Positions 24,655 through 36,730 of a stretch of DNA of 64,000 nucleotides are shown piece after piece. Every line of letters starts with the position of its first letter. Position 1 is the stretch's first letter. The DNA is from Octopus vulgaris (lineage: Eukaryota), in contig OX597834.1 in NCBI GenBank assembly GCA_951406725.2, positions 18,476,001 through 18,540,000 on the forward strand, read 5' to 3'. The notes below the pieces were generated by a model, which made no database searches, had not been told where the DNA came from, and saw only the letters and a list, made by a program, of their open reading frames with translations. The position numbers and the translations under genes were made by a program.

Positions 24655-24860
24655 ATACTAATAATAATAATAAACTAAAAGGAATGTAGAAACTACCCAA
24701 ATATAAAGACTTGGGAATACAGATGGTAACCAGAATGTAGGGACTGAAAACAGAAAAATTCCCTATAAGAGGTTCCATGGGAATGCTTTTAAAAATGTGC
24801 AAACATATATAACCCAAACTGCAAGAGGTACCCTGTGCACTAAAGTTCTTTCAACACAAC
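24655..24860 (+). mobile_element. Degraded R4/Dong-like RLE C-terminal fragment after (TAA)n
   Basis: KLPKYKDLGIQ..TRM*GLKTEKFPI resembles the RLE C-terminal EKxxKYxxL..IxRxW motif. Confidence 0.5.
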
Positions 24861-25869
24861 AGAAAATAAAACATTGCATAAAGCCAACAGACAGAGAACT
24901 GTGTCTTGTGATGTGAAAAGTGCAATAAGACCTGAAATAACAATATTTAGATCAGAGAGAGAAGAGTTGTTGGGAAATAAAGAAATTGATTTAGCACTTA
25001 GTTTCCACTTTCTAGATTTTGAGTTCAAATTCTAATGGCATTTAGTTTGCTAAACATGTAATAAAATAGTGCCAAAAATTGTGTAGTACCTCTGAGCAAT
25101 GTTAATGGTATTACTGACAGTAAACATATGCCATGTGCACCAAGGCAGAAACATTTAACAGTTTTCCATAAGGTAAGGAGCCAGTTCTCGCAGTTAAGTT
25201 AGTCATCTGCAATATGCCACTCCCCTCAATATTGTCACAGCGTGTAAGAAAGATAAGCAACAAATATCAAAGAAATAAATAAATGCTAGAAACAAAATTA
25301 TGAAGAAATATTTATTAAAAAATAGTTGTTAGGAAATACCGCCAAAAAATGTTGCAGCAAAATTTCTGTGGAGGTGGTCACATTATAGGAATTCGTTGAA
25401 AATAGGAAAAAAAAAAAAAAATTATAATCTAAGGCATTTTTCTTTTTTTTTGGCTTAAAGTGAAGGAAAACAATTTTTTTTTAATGTTAGTGTAGAGAAA
25501 AAGAAAGCATTTTTATTTTGCTTCAGTGTATGCACGAGAATATAGTTGAATTCCTAACATAACAGTTTATTTTTCATATTCTGAATCCAATATAATTTAG
25601 AAATAAACTACAATAGTTTAAAACTAATAAACATGTGAACACATGCTCCAGCATACAAAGTTTATGAAGAAAAAATATAATTAATATACATGTCTCTGTT
25701 CTTTTTTTAACATTAATGTTATTAAACTACAAATGAGCCAACTTAAAAGTTCCAGCAGCCAACGTTCCATTGTAAATCACAGTGTTTGTTTCAACAGCTC
25801 TCTGATTTCACCTAAACCATGAAATATTACAAAATATTTGGGAGTGGGAGGGCGGGGTTAATATAATTT

Positions 25870-26260
25870 AATCAGGGATGCAGGGGCAGTGGCCATGATC
25901 TGTGCAGGCCTCACTCACAAACTGATATTTGCGGTCCTGGTAAGAAAGAATAAGGAGTAGTTGTTCCATGCAGAAGGGTCTGGGTGGTGAGATCCGGTGA
26001 AGGTGTCAGGAAAATGAGAGACAGATGTGTCTGGGAGGAGAAGATATACAACTAACAGTTTTGAAGCAGCACATAGGCCATTGTAGTAGCAACGGAAGAG
26101 GAAAATGCACATCTGTGAGACTAGGATTGCAGCATGTTGCTAAATGAATCATTACCATGCTATTCACTGTCCTTCTTTTGGCTGCAGTCTTGGATGCATA
26201 TACGTCCAGCAGCAGTAGCACTGTCCAAAATATATGTGAGTAGTTCTCCAAATATTCAGA
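25870..26260 (-). mobile_element. Degraded CR1/L2-group LINE RT C-terminal fragment
   Basis: Frame-broken ENYSHI.WDSA...LQS*SHR...LFRCYYNGLC...NYSLFFLTRTAN, matching the EYCSHIW...SHRR..LFYRYY.G.C...SFxPRT pattern. Confidence 0.6.
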
Positions 26261-26829
26261 GAGAGAGAGAATGCATGTGTGATTGTTATTTTATAAGTGA
26301 ATTGAATTTTTAAAATTGAGTGTATTTTTAATGTTAACCTATTGTTTCCACTGTTGGTTTATCCTTCATTTAGTCTTAGGGTAGAAGTGTCAATTGTTTT
26401 ACGCTGAAGACAGACTGAGGTCAAGTAGGGTACAATACTTTAATTAGAAATTGACAGCAGAAAGACAAAAAAAAAGCTGAACGAAGTCTATTTGAAATTA
26501 ATCTTGTGTTGAAAAGTAGTAAAAATGGGAAAGTAAAAATTTTTTTCTTAGTGAATAAAGTGTTAGTAACAAATACCTGCAATATAGAGAATATTTATGT
26601 ATCAGAAATATAAGGCCTGAGATTTGTGGGGAAGGGACAAGTCAATTACATTGACCCCAGTGTTCCACTGGTACTTATTTTATCGATGGCAAGAAGATGA
26701 AAGGCAAAGCGGACCTTGGTGGCATTTGAACCAAGAACCTAGCCAGAAGAAATGCTGCAAAGCATTTTGTCCAGCATGGTAATGGTTCCGCCAGCCCACT
26801 GCCTTGATTAATAATATTAGTGAGCTTAA

Positions 26830-27008
26830 CCCTTTTGTTACCATATTTATTTCGAGATGCTCTGTGTTTCTTTCAATAACTTTAAATATAACAAATAACT
26901 TGGTTATCTTTAAGCTAGTGTTAGGAACATAAACTGTGACTAAGGTTTGGTGGAAGATCTTGTGCTACAGAGCGAGAGGCAGTTTCAGCCAGGTTGGTAA
27001 TGAAAGGA
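26830..27008. mobile_element. piggyBac-type MITE (diverged copy)
   Basis: TTAA|CCCTTTTGTTAC...GTAATGAAAGGA|TTAA; same family as 38435-38650. Confidence 0.7.
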
Positions 27009-28559
27009 TTAAAATGCTGCACAGCTAACCTCATGGTCATGGGTACAAATTTCAGGGCAACACAAACCTCTACTTGCCTCAGGTGTAAACTCAGCATTAT
27101 TAAATCATGTTAGAATGATTTAGCAGAAAGGTATTCTCCAAGTGTGAAGAACAACTGCTACTATTTAAAAAATTTTAATTAAAAAGAAAATACTGTTGCA
27201 GCCATGCTACTATCCAAAATTACTGTGAAACTGCAATATAGATGTATGTATGTATGTGTTAATTATATTTTTTAATTTAGAGATAGCTTACATCCACATC
27301 CATTCATTCACTGTCAAAAGAGGAAATCAAACTACACTGACATGCATACTAGTAATTAGTAGAGAAAAGATACAACTTGAGCAGTCGTAAACAGCTAAAA
27401 TCGCCATGACAAGTCATTTAGCATGAATTCAGTCCGCACCAAGTTAGTCCAATAAAGTTGAAAGGAAGATATTTGCTGCATGGTTGGGTCCACAAAAGAT
27501 GATCAAATTGATGGTGTTGTTCTTGTGGACACTATTACTCCTCCTCAGAGATGCTGACCATTGTAAGTGCAATGGTTAATAACGACGGAATTTCTTGTCC
27601 CAATTTCCAAGCCAGGTCAAAGAAGAAGATTAAGGTGAGATTTACTTCTTTGGCAAACAGATTGTAATCAAAACTATCAAACACCAAAGATATCATTAAA
27701 GCAAATACCATATTCCAATGTTGAAATTCAAGTGATATGCAGTTAAGGCAGTCACAAAACGTGAATGTTCCCCAAAAGGTACTTGGAGACCTTCCTTAAA
27801 TGGGGAAACCAAAAGTCTGGATCTTCAGAGCACTGGAAAAAAAAACAAGGAGCAAGGTAAGTGGAATAGATATATGACAAAGAATTTCATTGGTTTAATA
27901 ACAGAAAAGACTTTTGCAGGTAACAGTCAAGCCTCAATTAAGACCAACTGATACCTACAGTGAAGTTCAAATGTTTTCCACTCAACCTTTATATTGCGTG
28001 ATTGACAAAACAATTTAAACAAAAGTCCTGAATTTGAAATAGATTAAAAAGTTTTCTTCCGGGACAGAGTCCAGAACTGTTTCTAAATTTTATACATCTA
28101 CCACTAAATAACAGCAAATAATATAAACAACTTTTTTTACTTAGAATCCAGCATGATCCTTTGTTTCCAGACTCCCATGAAAATAAAAGTATTTACTTAT
28201 ATGTTTAATTTCAGATGAAAAAATAAATATATTTTTGTTTACCAAAAATATGAGGCCAAAAGTAGAAAACAAAACTATTAAGGAATGAAAACATTGTAGG
28301 CAGTTGGGTGATAGCTAGTTACTACATCCAGTAAGGTACTGAAGTTAGGGCATAACTACACAATTCTGTCCCCACTGACTTTCTTCCCTCATAACTTTCA
28401 TAAAAAAAAAAGAAAAAAAAAAAGAGAATATATTTTGATGAAGTTTTCTACAAATATGCTTCAGATGTTGTAGATTCTGTTTCTATGAAATTTATTGTAA
28501 AAAAATTGTTCTCTTCCCAGAGCAGGAAGAGAAGTTTCGAAAAATTGACCCGAGTAGGT

Positions 28560-28870
28560 TTTGTTTCCTAACTTTCAGAAAAACGGGTATTTTTTAATGA
28601 AATTTTCTACAAATGCTTTTCAGAGTATGCAGATTACGATTATATTGGAAATCAATAAGAAAAATGATGGGCGTGTACACATTTATACTAACACACATCA
28701 CAATTTTCATTCTGTAAACATACTGAATGTGTGTCAGTATGTATCAGTGGGGCCCATCACTTTTTTTTTTTTTCATGTTAAATTAATCGTAATCTACACA
28801 GTCTGAAAAGCACTTGCAGAAAATTTCATAAAAAATATACCCATTTTTCTGAAAGTTATGAGGAAACAAA
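28560..28870. mobile_element. MITE-like element with ~110-bp imperfect inverted arms (partial extra arm at ~28385-28500)
   Basis: TTGTTTCC(TCA)TAACTTTCAGAAAAACGGGTAT... mirrored by ...ATACCCATTTTTCTGAAAGTTATGAGGAAACAA. Confidence 0.6.
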
Positions 28871-29810
28871 TTCCGGGGGAAGGCACACTTGTGAAGGTTT
28901 GCCGAAGTTCGATCAACCAAATACTTTTATTACAATCCTAATTGACGTGAGCAAATAATAGCAATAAACTAACCCAAGTATATTAAAAGTTGGCAGACGA
29001 GATCGATCAACTGTAAATACACGAGACACAGTTACTTTTCTGCAAATTATGGTCTCTTTCATTGCATTCAACTTTGTCCTGGTTGTGGTGAGAACCACGA
29101 AGCTCATCGTAGACCTTGCATTGCGCAGGTAGATAATAATTGAGGTGTACCACACGTTTGTCACGAGAAATTATCATTGCAAAAGGGCTATATTTCCCAA
29201 GGAAAACTATTTCATTGCAAGTCATCAATCTCGTGTATTATTGAGCATATGACATGACGAACATGAAAGTAATAACAGTTGATGGTAAAACTGGAAAAAC
29301 TAATACCCTGATGTTATATACAGAGCATTCTATTAAAATTCCAATTCAATTCGATGACATTGGTCCCACTGTTGAAACTGATGAAAGCACTCAGTCGGAC
29401 ACTAATGTTTGCCATTCCATGAAAACTCGTTAGAGTCCAGGAAGTTAGTTAAGGTGTTTTTTTCTTTCTGATTGCATTAGATGATAGAATAAATGCAACA
29501 CTGTTAGATGTCCCGTAACATTCCTTTACTGTTGAAAGCGATCTCTGGATGCTATACAAAGCCTTCAATCTGATTAGTTTTAAGTACGTGATGATCAATA
29601 ATTCCATTGTTTGATCTACTTCCACGTGCAACAAACCGTAAATGCAGTGGAATTATGTCAAAAGAAATGAGATGACAATTATCCTACATAATTAGAATCG
29701 ATCTTTTAGTTTGAGGTGTTATACATTTTTAAATGATGGATTTGACAATTATATTACAAAGTATTGGATTAGTTTACAGGTTGTATGAAAAATAAACAAA
29801 ATAAAACTTT

Positions 29811-31307
29811 ATTTTCGCCCTCAATAATATACAGATTGACCTGACCCTAACACGGTAAATACTTGCACTTTCATCAGATCTTGGAAACGAAAAAGCGCTC
29901 AAAAGTTGGACATTTATAATGCTGATTTGTAAAAGGATTTAAGTCCTATATCCGTATCAGATTGAAAATGGGAAATTAAAAACCTAAACGGAAACAACGA
30001 AATGTGCTTAGTTTCTCCATATACGTTGCTGCTACAAAATTCTGTACAAAGATGACAAAACAGTCGGCGATGGTTGCAAAAAAAAAAAAACAAAAAAAAA
30101 ATGCAATGACGTGGAACGAGTGATATTTCGTTCTCTTCACACTTGAACATATGCGAAGAACTAAATTTAGCAACTGATAACAGATGTCGGGAGAATATTA
30201 TTCTTTGTAAAAATGAGCTCTATATATTCATTTGAAGAATTTTAGTATGTGCAATCTCTAATACATTTAATAGTGACTGCTTTATACCTTACGGAAAATT
30301 ATTTTTAGAAATAATAATGCAGATAATTGTTGCAGCAGCTGCATAAATCTGAATTTAACTACATTTTACCATCTGCATTTCCGCTTTCATTTTCTGTCTT
30401 TAAAGTTTCACATTTTATCTAATCTGACACAAAAATATGAAGTAACCAGGGTCCGTGTCCGATTCTGTCTGGTCTTTAACTTGAATCACAAGTAGGAAAT
30501 GACGGAGAATCTCAAAGGAAAGTTGACTCGAATGAGATTTGAACTCAAAACCTAACTAAATACAGCAAAAAGGTCGTCCTAGAATCTTTATAAGTTACCA
30601 TTAACTGGCCAAATAATTAGAGGGGTGGGTGGGGAAAGCAACAGAAGATTAAACTGTAAATAGTTATGAAATTAAAGGACTAAAATAATTAAATAGCTTT
30701 GAAGTTGTCAACAACATCTGTTAATGTTGACAACTCAGCAGGCCAGACACGGCCGGGGTTCGTGTAACAAAACTCTCGAAATATCGATGTCATTAAACAC
30801 AGGATCAACAATGAAGATAATATAAATAATACCTAATAACAATATTGAAATATTTGAAAGAAGAAACACGTTTCCATTACTCACTGGGCAGTAAAGACTG
30901 TAAGCCTAAAACAAGGTTAGCCTTTTCACATGGCGCATCAAAGAGCGGTGTTACTTATAAAATAGTTCCTAAGGAAAATATGTCCGTGTTAGTGGAAAAC
31001 GTTATTTGAATTCTACTTCGTTATACGATACGTTTTATAATTTCTGGTCAATAGTTTTACTTGTCTTTTCGCTCTTTTCCTCTATAATGTAACGTATATG
31101 GAGAAACTAAGCACATGTTGTTTCCGTTTAGGTTTTTAATTTCCCATTTTCAATCTGATACGGATATAGGACTTAAATCCTTTTACAATCAGCATTATAA
31201 ATGTCCAACTTTTGAGCGCTTTTTCGTTTCCAAGATCTGATGAAAGTGCAAGTATTTACCGTGTTAGGGTCAGGTCAATCTGTATAAATATTATTGAGGG
31301 CGAAAAT
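29811..31307. repeat. Long inverted repeat: arms 29811-30027 and 31091-31307, spacer 1063 bp
   Basis: Arms align as reverse complements with three small indels and no substitutions that I could find. Confidence 0.92.
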
Positions 31308-31844
31308 TCAGGACTTGCAGACAACGCGTTGTCTAATGGAAATTAATAAAGTTATCTACGAAAGAAGGGGCCGGCATATTGGTTGTTTGCGAATGATGTG
31401 ATTGATATAGCATTCGAAAAAGAAATCAACGGAAAAAACGAAGTCATCGATAGTTTTATATTTCCAATCTGATATTGTTTAATAAAATGATCCAGACCTG
31501 TTTGTTGGAAAGTCAAAGGACGTGGTGGTGCGCAACGAGAGACAGAGAAACAGTTTTACAGACCATAGAAAGTCGAAAGTTCACAAATGTGAAGTTTCAC
31601 CTCACTGTGTTCAGGTGTCAAGGCCTTTCGGTGTCAGTTTTCACCTTTCTACTGTCCTTAGTTCAGTTGATGACCCCCACCTCATCAAACCATTCCCAAA
31701 AATGTATAAACATTAACCAATGTGAGATAAAATAAGATGTGATAATTGTTTGTCTAGTGACACGATATTATGTACAATGTATACATTAAGAAATTTAAGA
31801 AAAGATATTTATGAACAAAAGCAAAAACTGTGAAGAGGAGAGGT

Positions 31845-32012
31845 CAGCGGCGTAGTTTGGTGTATACATGTGTGAAGGAGTTCTCCCCGGGTGGGGCAAT
31901 TTTATGAAGATAGGACCTGATGTATAGGCTGTCGGGGGGCGAGGAGACCCGGGGTATTGAGACGACAATCTCAAGGACTACTCTGGGTGCACACACCCTA
32001 TCTACGCCACTG
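31845..32012. mobile_element. Short MITE (hAT- or Harbinger-like termini)
   Basis: CAGCGGCGTAG...CTACGCCACTG termini; imperfect 8-bp flanks GGAGAGGT/AGAGAAGT. Confidence 0.55.
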
Positions 32013-32279
32013 AGAGAAGTGAAACAACTTTTTTTTGTTTGAGCTAAAATATTGGCTCCGATAAAAGCTTGTTAACTAACTTGTTGCTTTACCTCAGGCC
32101 TATCATATCTGTTCAGGTGGGGGTATCAAAATGGACTTTAGCACTACATACTGAGTACCTCTGCTACGTCACTGAAAACTATATGATCGACTGTGACATC
32201 CATTTATAGGAAATTAAGAGATTTCTCATAAAGATGATAGCGATAATGAATTATAAGTAAATTTTCCTTTTATATTGTA

Positions 32280-32792
32280 CTAGCAGTATCGCCCGGCGTT
32301 GCTCGGGTTTGTAAGGGAAATAACTATATAAGCATTTTTAGAGAATTACTTCCCTTATAGATGCCAATTCGGGCTTTCTTAGCCATTTCTGTTTTGGTGT
32401 CTTCAAGCCATGAAGTCGTTGTTCTAAAAGAACGCTGGTCTCCTTGACAACGCTTTACGACGTTGATTTCCTTACACTCCCTTCCCCACAGCTTCACGAG
32501 GGAGGGAAGAAGGGGGAGAAGCAAACAGGTGCAGGTGTGACCATGGACGCCAACTCCGCCGCCATCGACACACGAAAAATTATGCATTAAAATGGAATAA
32601 AAAATGATGTTAAATTATTTTTAAAATCGTAGACTCATCGTAGACGCGCGCTAATACTCAGACGGGCTCGATATGAATCACGACTATAAGATACCCGAAT
32701 TTGGTTAAACTGCACCGCAAAATGTGGGAGTAGTTAGGAATCTAAATCGAAGGGGGCAGACACTCACACAACTACAGTTTTATATATATAGA
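32280..32792 (-). mobile_element. Non-autonomous Helitron (513 bp)
   Basis: Minus strand A|TCTATATATATAAAA...CCCGAGCAACGCCGGG..CTGCTAG|T. Confidence 0.8.
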
Positions 32793-33297
32793 TATAACAA
32801 CAGAAAATGGACTTCTGAAAGATAGAATTATCTACAGTCAATTGTCGTCACTATGTTCATAGCTTTGGAATGATTTGATAACCTTTCTCCCTTTTTTGGT
32901 CGGATTTTCGCTTTGGTTCACCATTTATTTTGACCAATTCCTTTCCATGTCATGTACCTTCTCCCACCGTTGTGTGTTACCTACGGAAGAATAGTTGGAG
33001 AGAGTACTGAAACGTAAAAGTGGATATAGAGGTGGTGAGAGATAGAGATGAATAGGAAGAAGCTACCGGGATTTTCAACTAACGAGGGGATACGAGGACT
33101 ATATGGGGTTGACATTCGAGAAGGAACGGAGTACAAAAGGTGATAAAGGGTAGAAACGAGGTCGCCCAGAAGTGGGACTCAGTGGTTCCATTCCATTTAT
33201 TCATTTTTATATTATCGTTCATCTTTGTCACATGTTTGTTTTTTGATTTGTCGTTCTATGTCCCCTCTATGTTGGCCCCTGGTGGGCAATAAAGAAT

Positions 33298-33517
33298 CAA
33301 GAAACGTTAGCATGCCGGGCGAAATGCTTAGCGGTATTTCGTCTGTTTTTATGTTCTGAGTTCAAATACCGCCGAGGTCGACTTTGCCTTTCATCCTTTC
33401 GGGGTCGATAAATTAAGTACCAGTTGCGTCCTGGGGTCGATCTAATCGACTGGCCCCCTCCCCCAAAATTTCGGGCCTTGTGCCAAGAGTAGAAAGAATA
33501 TTTTCCAGCTTTATGTT

Positions 33518-33567
<50 letters not shown>

Positions 33568-33850
33568 CGTGATCGACCAGGCTATCAGATGTTGCTACAC
33601 ATCGCTGGTCACAATGCGCTTCGCATTGTTTTTTAGCCTTTAAATGACACCACCCCGCTGGCTGAGCGAGCTGGCCAATAGAAGAAATAGTGAGAGAAAG
33701 TTGTGGCGAAAGAGTACAGCAGGGATCGCCCCCACCCCCTGCCGGAGCCTCGTGGAGCTTTAGGTATTTTCGCTCAATAAACACTCACAATGCCCAGTCT
33801 GGGAATCGAAACCGCGATCCTACAACCGCGAGTCCGCTACCCTAACCACT
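33298..33850. mobile_element. Nin-domain SINE (+, ~33298-33500) and another tRNA-derived SINE (-, ~33565-33850) separated by (TA)n
   Basis: Family motifs as elsewhere; the second matches the 44468-44960 family. Confidence 0.75.
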
Positions 33851-34093
33851 ATATATATATTTAAATGAAACTTTTCTTTATACTTGATTTTAAATATGAC
33901 ACAATTAGATGTGAACGCTAAGCCACCATAGATTTCCTGAACCGTATCTATTATCAAAGCAATGAAAATAATTCATTTATAACGGTCGAATAGTTATTTT
34001 TTACAATCTAGCTTATCCTTCATTTATTTCATTATATAATTTTCTTCCCTTGCATATTTAAGTATTGTTTTTCCCCTTTTATCTAAATTCATA

Positions 34094-34458
34094 TCTCTCT
34101 ATATATAAACGCCAAAATGTCTGTGTGTGTGTCCTTTATACAAATCCACAATTTTTCAGTTAGAGGGCTCGCACTTTCTATGGTCATTCAAAACCGTTCA
34201 AGGGTGGTCGTGCACATCTTTACATTTCCACAGTCACCCCGCAAAGCCATTAAAATAATCAATAGAAGTGACTTTTTTGTAAATTTTCTATCCAAAACCC
34301 AATCAAAATGCCCGAAACTTGATACGCCAATTGAATGCCAGCTAGCTGTATGTGATTGGTCGGAGATTTGGACAGTACTTGCGTGTATGTGCGCACGCAC
34401 GCAGCTGTATATGCATGCACTAGCACTATGACCCGGCGTTGCCGGGTCATAGTGCTAG
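34094..34458 (+). mobile_element. Non-autonomous Helitron (365 bp) ending in a perfect 19-bp hairpin
   Basis: A|TCTCTCTATATATAAACG...CTAG|T; same 5' end as the 11016 copy. Confidence 0.8.
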
Positions 34459-35112
34459 TATTATATATTTTACATACATTATATTTTTCTTTACTTTATA
34501 TCCCTTTACCTTATTATTTTAATTTTATCTTATCTTTACTTCCATCAACAACCCACTAACTTAATACATAAGCATAGAATATTTAATTCAACTTCTTAAA
34601 CTTGTAAGTACTTCGTCTGCATCCTTTCAAGAAATATGTTAACCTTTGTTGTATAAGCTCATAAAGTCCTGACGAAATTCTACCCCTCATAGTTGAAAAT
34701 GACGACCAATTATTAACAATTGACCCTACTCAGATGATTAAAATTATGAATTAACTAGGGGCATGAATCGAAACAATTTAAAATATTTGTTTAATTCCTT
34801 TAGCTATTAGTTATACAAGGCATGGGCAACCCTTTTCGAGAAGCGGGCTGCGTGAGACATGACCTATCATCGGGATATTTTTCGTTAGGTGTGCCATTTG
34901 GAAGGTCTCGCGGACTACACTCTGCCCACGACTAATTCATACTATTTAAGTGAGGTGTTACAATTTTCTTGACATTTTGCCTTGACCAAAACTGACTTTT
35001 CCTTTTGACATTAATTTACTTACTTTATAGGTATTTTTACTTATTGATTTATTGAATCGAGGTAAAAAAAAAAGTCAATGGGGTTTTGTCCGGTAGGGGT
35101 GGGGTTTCGGAT

Positions 35113-35345
35113 ACCTATTTCTTTATTACCCACAAGGGGCTAAACATAGAGGGGACAAACAAGGACAGACATAGGTATTAAGTCGATTACATCGACCCCA
35201 GTGCGTAACTGGTGCTTAATTTATCGACCCCGAAAGGATGAAAGGCAAGGTCGACCTCGGCGGAATTTGAACTCGCAATGTAACGGCAGACGAAATACTG
35301 CAGAGCATTTCGCCCGGCGTGCTAATGCTTCTGCCAGTTCGCCCC
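35113..35345 (-). mobile_element. Young Nin-domain SINE
   Basis: Near-consensus copy with the AAAGAAATAGGTAT tail variant. Confidence 0.8.
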
Positions 35346-35519
35346 ATAAATCAAATGTGACTTTTTTTTTTAGCCAAAATTGTGTCTTTATATTTTTTTT
35401 ACCAATTTATTTCCGTCCTCCAATGGTCATTTAATCGTAAAGAGGGAAAAAATATTGCCAAGTATTTTGTCCAGTATGCTAACAGATCTGCCAGCTCGCG
35501 GCCTTTTGCCGCTGTGTAA

Positions 35520-35622
35520 TAGTAATCAGAGAAGTTTTTATTCAGGGTAGATTCGAAAGTGAGGCTAGCTTACAAGTGACTGTTCCAGTGGCATATTTTC
35601 TATGGATCAAAACCGCGAAAAT
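35520..35622 (+). other. Putative non-coding first exon / promoter-proximal region of FAN1
   Basis: Non-repetitive, CpG-containing stretch ending in a strong donor AT|gtaagt, followed by T-rich intron-like sequence; the FAN1 ATG exon has an acceptor and so needs an upstream exon. The 5' boundary is a guess. Confidence 0.4.
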
Positions 35623-36269
35623 GTAAGTTTTTCAGTCCAGATATTTACTTTTATTTTAGTCTTTCTTCAATTAAGTTTACTGGGTTCAGTGGTTTCTTTA
35701 GCCCTTATTCTATGTTTTCGCTACTGGGTGTTTATTTACTAGTTGTAATATCTCCTGTCATTGTTTTTCTCGTATTTAATTTCTGAATGTTAGTACTGAC
35801 ACGTTTTTTGTAGTCCGTTGTCAGTTCTTAACCGAGTGGGAGTAAAATTATCAATTTTCCCGCTGTGACCACCTCGTGTTAATGTTTTCACCAGAGATAG
35901 TTGTCTAGAAGCCACATTTTCTAATATGTTGTTCGCTGAGTGTAATTTGAAGAAGATTAAGTAGCTACTTTTTGCAGAATGTGGCTACATCGCTGTCACA
36001 TGCGAGTGTTAGTCGGTTGTACAACCCTAGGTCGGCTATTTTCAACAGACCATGACATTATTTTTATAGCACGAACTGAAGAAATAAGCAAAATTGTATC
36101 GGAGGTATAGAGGCAATAAGTTTCATCATCATCTAAATATAAACTTAACAAATATAGGACTTGCTAGAAATTTGACTCTGGTCCTGTGTCTCGCCTTACA
36201 TATGTATGTTGTTTACGCTCTGATAATGCAGTTCTTTAATTAGAGGCATTCCCGACGTGACTACCTTGT

Positions 36270-36730
36270 CTTTTTAAATGGGAAAGACTTCTGCCCGCCC
36301 CCCATTTTCTCTCAAATTTGTTAAAAAATTTTTTTTAGCCAAAAATTCCTCGTTTTCGGATACGGAGGTTCCGGAAAATTGCCAAAAATCGGCATTGTGA
36401 AAATTTTTCCCCCAGCTTCTTCAATTTTGATGTTTTTCCCCAACATTAACCTTAAAACCCTAACCCTAACCAACTGTAACCCTAAAACCCTAACCGTAAG
36501 TACAGAAATGTTTTGAAATTTTTGTCTTAATTCGTATTTTTCTGCATATTTAGAAAAGAAAAAATTCTTTAAAAAAAATTTTACAAAGATTTTTGCAAAT
36601 TTTTTTTCAGAATCATAATCTCCGTATTTTCTTGCATATTTTGAGGGGACAAAATTTTGAAAAAAGTTAAAAATGAAGGAAATGGGGGTAAATTTAGAAA
36701 TGTCGATTTTTGCCAATTTTTTTGCACCTG
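36270..36730. mobile_element. AT-rich non-autonomous DNA-element-like repeat containing degenerate (CCCTAA)n
   Basis: Internal AACCCTAACCCTAACC at ~36457-36495 and homopolymer-rich quasi-palindromes; superfamily not determined. Confidence 0.45.

Noticed and set aside
26157-26235. Signal-peptide-like reading MLFTVLLLAAVLDAYTSSSSSTVQNI followed by a gtgagt donor
   Set aside because: It is the antisense strand of a degraded CR1/L2-type RT fragment, and I found no in-phase downstream exon.
27499-27640. Hydrophobic reading MIKLMVLFLWTLLLLLRDADH with nearby donor-like sites
   Set aside because: Short, no homology and no consistent exon chain; cannot be supported without RNA data.
28913-29228. Overlapping minus-strand ORFs of 73-83 aa
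   Set aside because: No recognisable motif or splice context.
31237-31306. Hammerhead core (CTGATGA...CGAAA) in the inverted-repeat arm; similar partial motifs at ~4505 and ~26403
   Set aside because: The required stems or the GAAA/UH elements cannot be formed.
36447-36495. Interstitial telomeric repeats
   Set aside because: Few and degenerate, and internal to an interspersed repeat; not evidence of a fusion site.
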